This document shows positions 1-9,597 of a DNA stretch of 64,000 nt, in pieces. The position numbers were made by a program, and so were the translations under genes. This DNA comes from Actinomycetes bacterium (lineage in GTDB: Bacteria > Actinomycetota > Acidimicrobiia > Acidimicrobiales > Bog-793): NCBI GenBank assembly GCA_021796535.1, contig JAKABW010000003.1:53029-117028 (forward strand), written 5' to 3'. Numbering within the stretch: the first letter of the stretch is position 1; each line of letters starts with the position of its first letter. The notes under the pieces were generated by a model. It did no database searches. It was not told the origin of the DNA and saw only the letters and a list, made by a program, of their open reading frames with translations.

Positions 1-334
1 TTGTACCGCTTGACGAAGTGCCGCTTGAAGAGGTACCGCTTGACGACTGTCCCGGACCCGGCATCGGCGGATGCAGGATACCCGGAAAATGCAGCGTCGG
101 CGGAACCGGCGGAACGGGCGGAGTATTGGCACAAGTGCCCGATGACGCTCCGTTGATCTCCGAAGGCGGAGCCGGCGGCATATTGCCGACCGTATGTCCC
201 CCGGGATGACCCGATGCCGCCGGAGCGGGCGGGTTTGGCAAAGGCTGAGCGGCAGCCATCTGACTGGCAAAACCTATGCTCAGAGCCGCTACGCCTGCGA
301 CGGCATAGTAATGCCGGCGTTTGACAGTTCTCAT
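1..334 (-). CDS. secreted Pro/Ser/Gly-rich protein, N-terminal part (gene runs off the left edge of the window)
   Basis: Absent from the ORF track because it is open-ended. Reverse-strand ATG at 334..332 gives MRTVKRRHYYAVAGVAALSIGFASQMAAAQP. That is a basic n-region, a hydrophobic core and an AAAQ cleavage-like site. A Pro-rich stretch follows, then SSSGT x3. I translated by hand to position 1 and found no stop. Confidence 0.5.
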   Translation of the reverse strand, partial: MRTVKRRHYYAVAGVAALSIGFASQMAAAQPLPNPPAPAASGHPGGHTVGNMPPAPPSEINGASSGTCANTPPVPPVPPTLHFPGILHPPMPGPGQSSSGTSSSGTSSSGT

Positions 335-765
335 ATAACCCCCTTGAATATTAGTTACGGAAATTTTCCGTGAAATTTACTGTAACTTAGTTACTGAGCT
401 TTGTCAACCCCCATGACCTTGTGATTTAGAAAACACCGGGGAAAAGGGAGCGAAAATGTCTGGAGACGGCCGACGGATTTTTGGAATCGGGAAGGCCCGA
501 CACACGTCAAAATAAAGTATTTCGCATCCGATAGCAATATATCCTGACTCCAAAAGACAGCTGTGGCGGTATCGGCATGACAAAAGCAGACCGGACCGTC
601 GCTTCTCACCGTCTTATCCGGTTCCCAATCTTCGCATCCCGTTACAAGGTCGGCAACATCGCTGCCGTGTCGTTTCGGAAAAGCTTAAAAATCAGACACC
701 TCATGTTAAAAGAACCCCAAAAAGCTTGAGATCCCGCGGCATTGCCATAAAATATAACTTACATT

Positions 766-1161
766 ATGAACGAAAAAGGAAAAACAACCGAACCGTTGCC
801 TTCCACCAGAGTCGACAAGTGGCTGTGGGCCATTCGGATGACTCCCACCCGGCAAGGCGCAACCGAGATGTGTCATGCCGGGCATGTCAAGATAAACGGA
901 CAGACGGCAAAACCTTCACACGTGATACGTCCGGGAGACGAAATCATCGTCAAAGTAACCGCCGGAGAAAAACTTCTTGAGGTCGTGGCCATAATAGAAA
1001 AACGCGTGGGTTATCAAACAGCCGTTACCTGTTACAACGACAAAACCCCGCCAAAAGAGAAAGAGGAGATTTTGGCGCCTGTATTTCAGCGCGACCGTTC
1101 GACGGGACGTCCGACCAAAAAAGACCGCAGAGAGCTGGACAGATTGCGCGGGCAATTCTAA
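766..1161 (+). CDS. S4-domain RNA-binding protein (Hsp15/HslR-like)
   Basis: 131-aa ORF. RVDKWLWAIRMTPTRQGATEMCHAGHVKINGQTAKPSHVIRPGDEIIV matches the S4 alpha-L motif, and the C-terminal tail is basic. Confidence 0.75.
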   Translation: MNEKGKTTEPLPSTRVDKWLWAIRMTPTRQGATEMCHAGHVKINGQTAKPSHVIRPGDEIIVKVTAGEKLLEVVAIIEKRVGYQTAVTCYNDKTPPKEKEEILAPVFQRDRSTGRPTKKDRRELDRLRGQF

Positions 1162-1180
1162 AATACTGCCCGGTCCGGCC

Positions 1181-2053
1181 CTATTGAGGCCGCAAAGCGC
1201 TAATTTGGTTTAACTCGTCAGTGTTCAAAATCAAATCCGTGCTTTTGGCCGAATCCAAAATGCTTTCCGCTCTGCTGGCGCCCGGTATCGGAATGACTTT
1301 TTCGCCGAGCGAGCGCATCCAGGCCAGCACGACCTGCTGCGGCGAAACGCCGTGTCTTTCGGCCGCATTCACAACAGGAGCATGGGTTCCGGCCAGATTC
1401 TTGGCTCTCCCTATCCCGCCCAAGGGGCTCCAGGGAATAAAAGACACGCCGTTTTCTTCGCAAAAATTGAGTTCCTGTTCGCTGGAACGAAATACCAACG
1501 AAAATTGATTTTGCACGCTGGCCAAGTTGCCCGGACCCAAGACCGCTATGGCCGTTTTGATCTGATCTATATTGGCGTTGGAGATACCGGCCATTTGAAT
1601 TTTACCGGCGTCAAGAAACTCCTTCAACACCCCCATCGTGGCCTCATAGTCAACGTTCGGATCGGGTCTGTGATGCTGGTAAAGCCCGATTGACTCCACT
1701 CCCAGCCGTCTGAGAGATGCCTCCACAGCAGCCCGCAGATACTCCGGGCTGCTGTTTACATGCCAGGAACCGTCACCGGGTCTGTAGTGGCCGCCTTTTG
1801 TGGCCACCAAGATATCGTCTTTGTCACCAGACCACGACGCCAAGGCTTTGGCCAATAACCTCTCCCCGTGGCCGGTATCGGCACCTCCGACGGAGTACGC
1901 ATCGGCCGTGTCAATAAAGTTGATGCCGGCATCCAGTGCGGCATGAACGGTTTTGACGGCTTGTTCCTCGCTCGGTCTGCCTTCTATCGACATCGGCATT
2001 TCGCCGAGTCCGATTGCGCTTACTTTCTTTTGTCCGATTGTCCTGTATTGCAT
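1181..2053 (-). CDS. aldo/keto reductase
   Basis: 290-aa ORF with AKR hallmarks: GLGEMPMS near the N-terminus, INFIDTADAY, LYQHHRPD, IPWSPLGGG-like, and VIPIPGASR near the C-terminus. Confidence 0.85.
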   Translation of the reverse strand: MQYRTIGQKKVSAIGLGEMPMSIEGRPSEEQAVKTVHAALDAGINFIDTADAYSVGGADTGHGERLLAKALASWSGDKDDILVATKGGHYRPGDGSWHVNSSPEYLRAAVEASLRRLGVESIGLYQHHRPDPNVDYEATMGVLKEFLDAGKIQMAGISNANIDQIKTAIAVLGPGNLASVQNQFSLVFRSSEQELNFCEENGVSFIPWSPLGGIGRAKNLAGTHAPVVNAAERHGVSPQQVVLAWMRSLGEKVIPIPGASRAESILDSAKSTDLILNTDELNQISALRPQ

Positions 2054-2657
2054 TTATCTCTCCGAGTCCTTTTAGCAAAATGCCGGCTACCCATTTACAA
2101 GGGTAGTCCGAAGCAAAAAATGTTTTAAACATTTATGACTATAACAGCCACGCCGGCCCGCCGTAACAACCACTCACGACACCAAGAAGCACTCATGGAA
2201 ACAAATGGCCTGGGTCCGATATCCCGACGTGAAAGCCACATCCGCCGGCTACAAAAACTACAACGAATTTTGATGCGCTCAAAACATCCGGCGACACTTT
2301 TTTTTGCAAAGGATAAACTGTACCGTCCCCCAAACACACGATAAAAGAGTTTTTACCCTGTTCCCGCCCGCAAGCAAAGCAATTCCCAAATAGAATTGAT
2401 TACTTCTTATGGCAATATTTTGAATAAGCAAAGCAAATTTTCATGTTATCCATACACAGTACCGCTTATCCACGGGGTCAATACTTGCGCCGAGATCTTC
2501 TTCTTATCGCCGCGCACACGACACAACAACCTTTCGGTTATGTCGTGCTTCCCCAGACAAGACGGGTCGAGAAGGGCCTAAAGAAATTACCGTGTCAAAA
2601 TACCGTTTGGAAAGCATGGGGTCGACAATACCTCATCCCAAAAGAAAAACAAAAAAG

Positions 2658-2730
2658 CTGACGGGGGAGGGCTCGAACCTCCAACCTCCTGATCCAAAGT
2701 CAGGCGTTCTGCCTGTTGAACTACCCGTCA
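2658..2730 (-). tRNA. tRNA-Gln (anticodon UUG)
   Basis: Hand-folded 73-nt cloverleaf on the reverse strand. Acceptor TGACGGG/CCCGTCA with U1-A72, D arm GTTC/GAAC, anticodon stem CCTGA/TCAGG with loop CTTTGGA, T arm GGAGG-TTCGAGC-CCTCC, discriminator G. No encoded CCA. Confidence 0.9.
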
Positions 2731-3031
2731 TCGCGTAACTGGGACCCAGAAACCACTATGATGATAGCACCAAAATATTTACCCGAAGCTTGCTTTGTTG
2801 AAAACATTCCCCCCGCTCCGCCGATAAAAAAAGGAGCGGCCATGCCGGCTTCTCCCAGACGCCGCAAAAGATAGGCTGCTCTTGAGAAATAGGGCGGTAC
2901 GGCATTTGCTTTGAACGCCGGCATCCGGCACAACACACCTAAAATTCCTGCCGGGTATTTCCCTTACCGCCAAAAGTACCGTCTCAGAAGATGCCCCCAT
3001 AAAAGGACTTTACAGTAATAAACTGTATTTG

Positions 3032-3066
3032 AGAATATATATACATAATGTATGTATATATATTCT
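3032..3066. repeat. perfect 16-bp inverted repeat with a 3-nt spacer, in an AT-rich intergenic region
   Basis: AGAATATATATACATA-atg-TATGTATATATATTCT. It lies in the roughly 690-nt gene-free, AT-rich stretch between tRNA-Gln and the S53 peptidase gene. Confidence 0.8.
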
Positions 3067-3418
3067 GTAAAATATTATTTATCTTCTAATAATTAAGTAC
3101 ACTTTTATAGCATAATTATTTAACAATGAAAAAATATTTACACTAAATTACCAGTTAATCTGTGCCTCCACTTATTTGGTAAAAATATTAAAAACTTTTC
3201 TGTCCGCAAAATTTAGCAAACGCTGTTTCGATATTTAGCAATCTTTACACAGCCGCAAAACAGTTCACACGCAGTCTTTTGGGGCACATAGAACATAGAG
3301 AGGAGCGTCAATACCGCCGTTATATTATAGAAAAATTCTTATATGCTTATATATACTTTCCGGATAAGACATAGGATGACAGCATACATTGACAAAAGAC
3401 TGGGACGGTAAATAAGAC

Positions 3419-6010
3419 TTGACAAACTTGAGTCGCATCAAAAACAAAAAGGAACAGTGCGCATATTTTTGGAAAAAGGCCAAAAAACCTTTGATGGGGC
3501 TCTTTATAGCAATACCTTTAATCACTCCGCTGCCTGACAACTCTTCCTTTTACAAAACTCCGATTTCTCACTCTTCTGCCGGCGTCACTCCGTTGACGGA
3601 ACTTGCCGGAAAAGCAAACCTTCCCGCAGGGAAAGGCACTTTGACCAAGGCCGACAGGTCAAATCGCATTGACTTCACCCTTCTTCTTGCCCCAAGAAAT
3701 AAAAACTACCTGCAAAAAATGTCCGACTCGGTATCCTCACCAGGTTCTCCTTACTATCGCAAATATATAACTCCCGCTCAATTTGGCAAACGCTTCGGGG
3801 CTGCGCCATCAGCCGTCAAAGCCGCCACAAAGTGGCTTTTGTCCAACCATCTCCGTCTGCAAAATATCGGCCAAAACCGTCTCTTTGTCGAAGCAAGCGG
3901 CACGGCACCCCAAATAGACAGAGCTTTTCACACCGAAATGGCCTACTATAAATCAAACGGCAACAAGACTTTGGTCAATCTAGAACCCATTGCCATTGAC
4001 AAAAATCTTTCCAAAGACTTCGCCGGGATAACCGGTCTTGACAATTTGGACGGCTTTGCCCCCAACGCTCTCGATTTTTACCGAAAAGGAAAACCCGGTA
4101 TCAAAGGCAAAAAATCCGTAACTGTCCCGGGTGTTTCATTCCTTCCCAAATCAAGCATCCGGAATCGGACTTATCTTTACGCCAGTCCCACCTCTTCTTG
4201 TGCCCAGCAGATATCGGCTTCGGGCGCCGGTCTGCAAATAAATAAGATTGCCCAAGCATACAGCTTTGACCCGGCCTATTCTTCCGGCGACACGGGACAG
4301 AACACAACCGTGGCCTTGATAGAATTCGCTCCGATCAGAATGAGCGACATAAACTACTTTGCTTCCTGTTACGGGCTTCCCGCCCCGCAAATAAACCAGA
4401 TCCCCGTGCACGGCGGTCCCGGCGGCACTTACACCGCTTCGGGAGAACTTGAAGCCGAACTCGACACCGAAATGCTCGTGGGGTTGGCACCCGGGGCAAC
4501 CGTGGACGTTTACGAAGGTCCGGACACCCGCGGAAACGTCACCAACGCCACCGCTTACGCCGTCGAAGAAGCAGCCGTCAACAACCCGAAAGTCAAAGTT
4601 ATTTCCACTTCCTGGGGCGGATGCGAACAAGGCGTGGGGGCAGGCATCGCCATGGCGGAGAGTTATCTTTTCGAACAATCCGCCTTGGAGGGACAGACCT
4701 GGGTGGCCGCCTCCGGCGACACGGGTTCCACCGACTGTTATGGACAGACAAACAAAACCCTCGGCAAGCAACTGGCCGTGGACGATCCCTCCAGCCAGCC
4801 TTTCGTGACCGGCGTCGGCGGTACCACGCTGTCTCTTTCTTCTTCCGGCGTTACGCAGACCGCTTGGAACACCACCCTTACCAACCAACAGCCCGGAGCC
4901 GGCGGCGGCGGAGTGTCTTTGTTTTGGACCATGCCGGGCTATCAATACAACACTCCGCGATCTTTAAACGTAAAAAGCTCCTATGCGGTCTGCCCCCCCG
5001 GCTCCCCCGTTCTCGACCCCTATGGAGAAAAACTCGCCCGCTCCGGAGGACACAAGCTTTGCCGGGAAGTGCCGGACGTCTCCGCCAACGCCGGGACCCC
5101 GGTGGCCACGTATTGTTCCATAGGATCCGATTCGGTGGTAAACAGCTTCTGCTCCGCCGGCGGCTGGACTCCAATAGGCGGCACGAGCGCGGCCGCTCCG
5201 ATTTGGGCCGCGGTGTTTGCCCTGGCTGATTCCTCCTCCGCCTGTCAAACGGCAGGACCGGTGGGTTTTGCCAATCCCCTGCTCTATAAAATCGCTTCCG
5301 GACAGGGCTATGCCTCGGCAATGACGGATGTCACCACCGGCGGCAACGATCTCTTGGGTACCGACGCCGGCTACTACTTGGCCGGCAAAGGCTACAGCCC
5401 GGTAACCGGGCTCGGAACCCCGCTGGCGCAAGACAGCAACGGACAGGGGCTCATCCCGTCTCTGTGCAACCCCTCCGCCGCCGCTCTCACGGCAGCGGGT
5501 CTCCCGACCCCGGAAGTGACAAAACTGCTTCCCGATTCGGTGAGGGCACGCGGGGGCGGTGTAGTAAGAGTGGAGGGCGTCAACTTCTCAGGATCAGACG
5601 TTATTTACTTCGGCAACAAGCCCGCTCTTTCTTACAGGGTCGTTTCCGCCAAAAAAATCATAGCCGTCGCCCCGCCCGAAAAGGGAAGGGTTCACATAAC
5701 GGTGATAAGCCCCTCCGGGAAAAGCCTCCATACCAAAAGCAACACGTTCTCTTTCCTGACGCCGCCCGTTATAAGCGGGGTCGGGAAAAGCACTTTGGTT
5801 GCGGGAGGTTTATACCGGGTACAAATCCGCGGCAATTACTTTTACAAAATAAAAGAGGTGCTTTTCGGAACCCTGTCCGTCAGGTACAAAACCGTCTCCG
5901 CCCACATCCTGTATGCATTCGTACCGGTCTCGCTGGGCAAATCCTACGTCCGCATTAAGAGCGAAGGCGGCACCGGCGGGCGTTCCCACCGAGCTGTTTA
6001 CAATCCGTAA
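3419..6010 (+). CDS. S53 (sedolisin/kumamolisin-type) serine peptidase with pro-domain and C-terminal IPT/TIG-like repeats
   Basis: 863-aa ORF.
- Pro-kumamolisin activation-domain-like N-terminus: YYRKYITPAQFGKRFG...LFVEASGT...AFHTEM.
- Sedolisin catalytic motifs: GELEAELDTEML, SWGGCE, AASGDTGS, GGTSAAAPIWAAV.
- Two Ig-like repeats at the C-terminus: VRVEGVNFSG...ITVISPSG.
The start is uncertain. The ORF opens with TTG at 3419, and ATG at 3494 is an alternative. Confidence 0.8.
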   Translation: MTNLSRIKNKKEQCAYFWKKAKKPLMGLFIAIPLITPLPDNSSFYKTPISHSSAGVTPLTELAGKANLPAGKGTLTKADRSNRIDFTLLLAPRNKNYLQKMSDSVSSPGSPYYRKYITPAQFGKRFGAAPSAVKAATKWLLSNHLRLQNIGQNRLFVEASGTAPQIDRAFHTEMAYYKSNGNKTLVNLEPIAIDKNLSKDFAGITGLDNLDGFAPNALDFYRKGKPGIKGKKSVTVPGVSFLPKSSIRNRTYLYASPTSSCAQQISASGAGLQINKIAQAYSFDPAYSSGDTGQNTTVALIEFAPIRMSDINYFASCYGLPAPQINQIPVHGGPGGTYTASGELEAELDTEMLVGLAPGATVDVYEGPDTRGNVTNATAYAVEEAAVNNPKVKVISTSWGGCEQGVGAGIAMAESYLFEQSALEGQTWVAASGDTGSTDCYGQTNKTLGKQLAVDDPSSQPFVTGVGGTTLSLSSSGVTQTAWNTTLTNQQPGAGGGGVSLFWTMPGYQYNTPRSLNVKSSYAVCPPGSPVLDPYGEKLARSGGHKLCREVPDVSANAGTPVATYCSIGSDSVVNSFCSAGGWTPIGGTSAAAPIWAAVFALADSSSACQTAGPVGFANPLLYKIASGQGYASAMTDVTTGGNDLLGTDAGYYLAGKGYSPVTGLGTPLAQDSNGQGLIPSLCNPSAAALTAAGLPTPEVTKLLPDSVRARGGGVVRVEGVNFSGSDVIYFGNKPALSYRVVSAKKIIAVAPPEKGRVHITVISPSGKSLHTKSNTFSFLTPPVISGVGKSTLVAGGLYRVQIRGNYFYKIKEVLFGTLSVRYKTVSAHILYAFVPVSLGKSYVRIKSEGGTGGRSHRAVYNP

Positions 6011-6056
6011 CGCCGGCTGACATAACGGCCAACAAAGTACGACACAGGGAGACGCC

Positions 6057-7496
6057 GTGACAAAAAGAGCTTTATGGCTTGCCACCAGAGATTTGCGCAT
6101 ACAAGACAACCCCTCTCTCCGGGAAGCGGCGCTGCATGGAGAGGTCCTATGTCTTTTTGTCCTGGACGAAAAGTTGACAAAGAGCGCCAAAATAGGACTG
6201 AACAGACTGGCGTTTTTATTTGAGTCACTGACGGATCTGCGCGAACAACTGCGGGGAAAAGGCTCTGAACTTTTCTTCCGCTGCGGCAACTACGAATCGG
6301 AGGTGCTTTCCTTCGCCAAAAGCGCGGCCGTCGACACTGTCCATATGACACGTGATTACTCCGGATATTCGCTCTCGAGAGCCTCTGGGCTGCGCTCCCT
6401 ACTCGCAAAAGAGGGTATTTCCCTGGAGCTGCACAGCGCTATGTCAATCATCGAACCGGGCGCGCTTTCCCCCAAAGAAAGCACATATTATAAAGTCTTT
6501 ACTCCGTATTATAAGATTTGGGAACAGTTGCCGCGAAGGCCTCTGCTGAGCGCCCCTTCTGTGATAAACGGCTACTTTGAGCAAGACCCCGGTAGCATCA
6601 TGACGGCAGAAGAGCTAAAGGGCTATCTCGGAGAGACTTTTTTGCAAAATGCCTTTTTGCGGGAGAATCCCTTGGGGAGAGAAAAAAAGAAGTTCCTGCT
6701 CCATCTCTCGCCGAACAGATCGGCCGGAGGAGAGAGAAAAGCTTTGGAGCAATTGGCGACTTTTATAAGTTCAAAAAACTTATTTTTATATCAAAACAAA
6801 TCCAACGACTTGGAATCCGATTCCACATCCAGACTCTCTTCCTACTTACATTTCGGATGTATATCGCCTTTATCGGCGGAAAAAGCCGTTCTCGGGGCCT
6901 ACGCCGACTTCGCCGCGGAAAAAGACGCCTTATTCGATGTCGACCGGGAAAAGACCGAAAGTGCCCTTTCTTCGGAAAACCCAGAACTTGCCCTGGCCTC
7001 CGTGAAGGCCTTTCTCAGGCAGCTCTGTTGGAGAGATTTTTATCTGCAATTCGCCGCCGGGTTTCCGGCGTTGGGCACAAAGAATTACAGAGAGCCCCCG
7101 CATGCTTGGAATACGGACCTGCGGGCCCTGACGGCCTGGATGAACGGAGAGACCGGAGAAGACATCGTGGACGCCGCCATGCATCAGCTGCTAAAAGAGG
7201 GGTTCGTCCATAACAGGGCCCGCCTGATAGCGTCTTCATATCTGAGCAAAACACTTAAAATAGACTGGAGACACGGACTCAGTCACTACGACTCCCTTCT
7301 CACCGATGCCGACTTTTCCTCCGATGCCGGCAACTGGCAGTGGATGGCCGGTACCGGCACAGACACGAGGCCCAACAGAACTTTGAGTCCCCAACGGCAG
7401 CAGGAACGCTTTGACCCGAATGCCCATTATCGGAACCGCTATTTGCCCGGACGGGCCCCTTTTTTCTCACCCGAAAGGGAACAAAGACTGTTTTAG
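6057..7496 (+). CDS. phr: deoxyribodipyrimidine photolyase (cryptochrome/photolyase family)
   Basis: 479-aa ORF with a GTG start behind GGGAG. Motifs: RDLRIQDNPSL, FTPYYKIW, TSRLSSYLHFGCISP, LCWRDFY, TGEDIVDAAMHQL...GFVHNRARLIASSYL, NWQWMAGTGTD. Confidence 0.9.
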   Translation: MTKRALWLATRDLRIQDNPSLREAALHGEVLCLFVLDEKLTKSAKIGLNRLAFLFESLTDLREQLRGKGSELFFRCGNYESEVLSFAKSAAVDTVHMTRDYSGYSLSRASGLRSLLAKEGISLELHSAMSIIEPGALSPKESTYYKVFTPYYKIWEQLPRRPLLSAPSVINGYFEQDPGSIMTAEELKGYLGETFLQNAFLRENPLGREKKKFLLHLSPNRSAGGERKALEQLATFISSKNLFLYQNKSNDLESDSTSRLSSYLHFGCISPLSAEKAVLGAYADFAAEKDALFDVDREKTESALSSENPELALASVKAFLRQLCWRDFYLQFAAGFPALGTKNYREPPHAWNTDLRALTAWMNGETGEDIVDAAMHQLLKEGFVHNRARLIASSYLSKTLKIDWRHGLSHYDSLLTDADFSSDAGNWQWMAGTGTDTRPNRTLSPQRQQERFDPNAHYRNRYLPGRAPFFSPEREQRLF

Positions 7497-7577
7497 ACAA
7501 CAAAAGCAGCCAAAATAACAGAAATTTCTACTTTTGACGAAATAGGGGCTTTACTTAGACTAATCTAACTCTTCGCA

Positions 7578-7673
7578 ATGGGTTCATTAATTAAAAAGCG
7601 CCGCAAACGCATGCGCAAGAAAAAACATAAAAAGATGCTCAAGAGGACTCGCTGGCAAAGGCGTTCCAAATAA
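7578..7673 (+). CDS. small basic ribosomal-type protein bS22 (AURKAIP1/COX24-like, actinobacterial)
   Basis: 31-codon ORF, below the ORF-track cutoff: MGSLIKKRRKRMRKKKHKKMLKRTRWQRRSK. It closely resembles the conserved MGSVIKKRRKRM.KKKHRKLLK.TR.QRR peptide known as bS22 in mycobacteria. A strong terminator follows. Confidence 0.8.
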   Translation: MGSLIKKRRKRMRKKKHKKMLKRTRWQRRSK

Positions 7674-7685
7674 GTCTTGATTTTT

Positions 7686-7733
7686 AAAAACAGCCGGTGC
7701 CTAAAGCAATGGCTTTATGGCACCGGCTTTTTT
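7686..7733. terminator. bidirectional rho-independent terminator between bS22 and ispE
   Basis: 10-bp GC-rich stem AGCCGGTGCC (7692..7701) / GGCACCGGCT (7719..7728) with an inner TAAAGC/GCTTTA extension. It is flanked by an A-run (7686..7690) and a T-run (7728..7733). The right arm encodes the last codons of ispE. Confidence 0.7.
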
Positions 7734-8537
7734 AACCATGGCTGTGAGATCAGACTCGAGAACGGCTTCGGCGATCTCTTTGGCCAAACGCTCGGCTTTG
7801 TGTTTTGGAATTTCAAAAAACCAGCTGGAACCGCTGCCGGCCAACCTCGGATTTTCGGAAGCAATCCCGCGTAAGAAGTCGCGCCAAAAAATAAGTCGGG
7901 GTTCCACACTCAATGCCGCCTCCTCCAAATCGTTGACGCTTTCGCTTTCCGCCGGCACAAAAGACTCAAGACTCCCCTTCTGTCGGCGTATTTCGTCGTA
8001 GGCCCTGTAGACGGCAACCGTAGAAACGTGGAGCATCGGCGTTATGATGACAAAACTGAGTTCTTCATAAGAAAGATCGTTGACCTCTTCGCCTATACCC
8101 CCGACTGAGGCCCGTCCGCCCCTGATACAAAAAGGAACGTCGGCACCGAGTGCGGCTGCCGATTTCAGATCCAAATAACCGGCCCACCTGAGTACGGCCG
8201 CCGCGTCGGAAGACCCGCCTCCGAGACCCGCTCCCGGCGGAATGCGCTTTATGAGCTTTACCCCGGCCCTCACTCCGACCAAAGCAAGAGCTTTTTGGAC
8301 CAGGTTGTCCCCGTCTATGGGAATCGGCGGAGTGACGGCTTTGCCGGCGTTCAGCCATGCCGTCTCGTCGGAAAGTTCAAAGGCGGCATCTTCTTCGGGA
8401 AAAATATATAACTCGTCGGCCAGGTCCAAGGACACCATCTCGGAACGGATCAGGTGGTAGCCGTCGCCGCGAATGCCCACAACCGACAGGTTTCTGGTCA
8501 GTTTGGCCGGGGCGGACAATTGTATTATTGAAGGCAT
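7701..8537 (-). CDS. ispE: 4-diphosphocytidyl-2-C-methyl-D-erythritol kinase
   Basis: 278-aa ORF. PAKLTRNLSVVGIRGDGYHLI, GHMP-kinase motif IPPGAGLGGGSSDAAAVLRW. It sits immediately downstream of rsmA, the conserved rsmA-ispE arrangement. Confidence 0.9.
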   Translation of the reverse strand: MPSIIQLSAPAKLTRNLSVVGIRGDGYHLIRSEMVSLDLADELYIFPEEDAAFELSDETAWLNAGKAVTPPIPIDGDNLVQKALALVGVRAGVKLIKRIPPGAGLGGGSSDAAAVLRWAGYLDLKSAAALGADVPFCIRGGRASVGGIGEEVNDLSYEELSFVIITPMLHVSTVAVYRAYDEIRRQKGSLESFVPAESESVNDLEEAALSVEPRLIFWRDFLRGIASENPRLAGSGSSWFFEIPKHKAERLAKEIAEAVLESDLTAMVKKAGAIKPLL

Positions 8538-9452
8538 TTAGTAGTTATAACACTTTGCCAGACGACTCCAGGCGTTTATATCCAATTCTTCGGGACGCGA
8601 AGACGAAGAAATAGACGCCGCAGCGTAATCTTCCTCGCTCAAAACATTTTTCAGGGAGTGTCTGAGCATTTTGCGCCTCTGCGAAAATGCCTTTACCGCC
8701 AAATACCCTATTGACTTATACTCCGAAAAGTTGGTTTTGATCTCTTCCGTGCTACGGCGTTTTACCCTGATCATGACAGAATCTATGTTAGGTTTGGGGA
8801 AAAATATTTCTCTGGAAACTTTGGCGACAATCTTTGCCTCTGCAAAATAGGAAAGTTTCAAAGCAGAAATTCCGTATTCCTTGGAACCGGCTTTGGAACT
8901 CAGGCGTGCTCCCACCTCTTTTTGTACCATCACATGCATCTCCGTAATGCGATCCGTCTGTTCCAAAATACTTATGATGAGTTGCGCTGCTATGTTGTAA
9001 GGCAGATTCGCCACCAAAACCCAGCTCCTGTCGTTTTGTCCCGCATGATTGCCGGCACTCACAAAACCGTTCTTTACTTTTCCCTCCTTAAAGGGCAAGA
9101 GGTCAATGTCGGACCAGGACATGGCACAAAGGCTGTCCCAGTCCACTTCCAGGGCGTCGCGGGCCAGCACCTTCACCGAGGGAGGTGCCGTCTTGGCCAG
9201 ACTTTCGGCAAGACGCGGGTCTTTTTCCACGGCGAGCACCCGAAAAGAGGCATCGGCCAAGGCAAATGTCAGCGCTCCGAGTCCCGGACCTATTTCGATC
9301 ACTTGGGAATCTTTATTCAGGCCGGACAGGGAAACAATTTTGTCGACGGTATTTTTGTCGCACACGAAGTTCTGGCCCAAGGCCTTGGATGGCCTGATTT
9401 CTTTTGCCGCCAGTTCTTCTTGCACCGATCTGGGGTTGAACTTATACGACAT
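8538..9452 (-). CDS. rsmA: 16S rRNA (adenine1518/1519-N6)-dimethyltransferase
   Basis: 304-aa ORF. LGQNFVCDKNTVDKIV, SAM motif VIEIGPGLGALT, NLPYNIA. Its stop abuts the ispE start. Confidence 0.9.
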   Translation of the reverse strand: MSYKFNPRSVQEELAAKEIRPSKALGQNFVCDKNTVDKIVSLSGLNKDSQVIEIGPGLGALTFALADASFRVLAVEKDPRLAESLAKTAPPSVKVLARDALEVDWDSLCAMSWSDIDLLPFKEGKVKNGFVSAGNHAGQNDRSWVLVANLPYNIAAQLIISILEQTDRITEMHVMVQKEVGARLSSKAGSKEYGISALKLSYFAEAKIVAKVSREIFFPKPNIDSVMIRVKRRSTEEIKTNFSEYKSIGYLAVKAFSQRRKMLRHSLKNVLSEEDYAAASISSSSRPEELDINAWSRLAKCYNY

Positions 9453-9597
9453 GGAACCTTCTTCGCATCAATACGGCCGTGAAAGTATAATAACGGAGTT
9501 TTAATACCCATTTCCTACAAAATTACCGGGCCTGGTTGCGGAGTAAAAAAATACCGGCAATAATAGGCATTGGAAATTAGCGGACGGATAAGAGGAA

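Noticed and set aside
18-209. 63-aa plus-strand ORF at the window start
   Set aside because: The opposite strand carries an open-ended ORF with a convincing signal peptide starting at 334. The plus-strand ORF is a Gly/Pro-rich shadow frame.
2054-2657. 600-nt gene-free stretch between the aldo/keto reductase and tRNA-Gln with several short ORFs (61-86 aa), considered as a decayed gene or ncRNA
   Set aside because: None of the six frames gives a recognisable motif. I saw only small local hairpins. I cannot support any feature without a database search.
4151-4945. 264-aa minus-strand ORF, plus several other 100-200-aa ORFs, inside the S53 peptidase gene
   Set aside because: They are antisense or off-frame shadows of a motif-rich gene. 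Their Arg/Gly/Pro-rich, low-complexity translations have no recognisable motifs.
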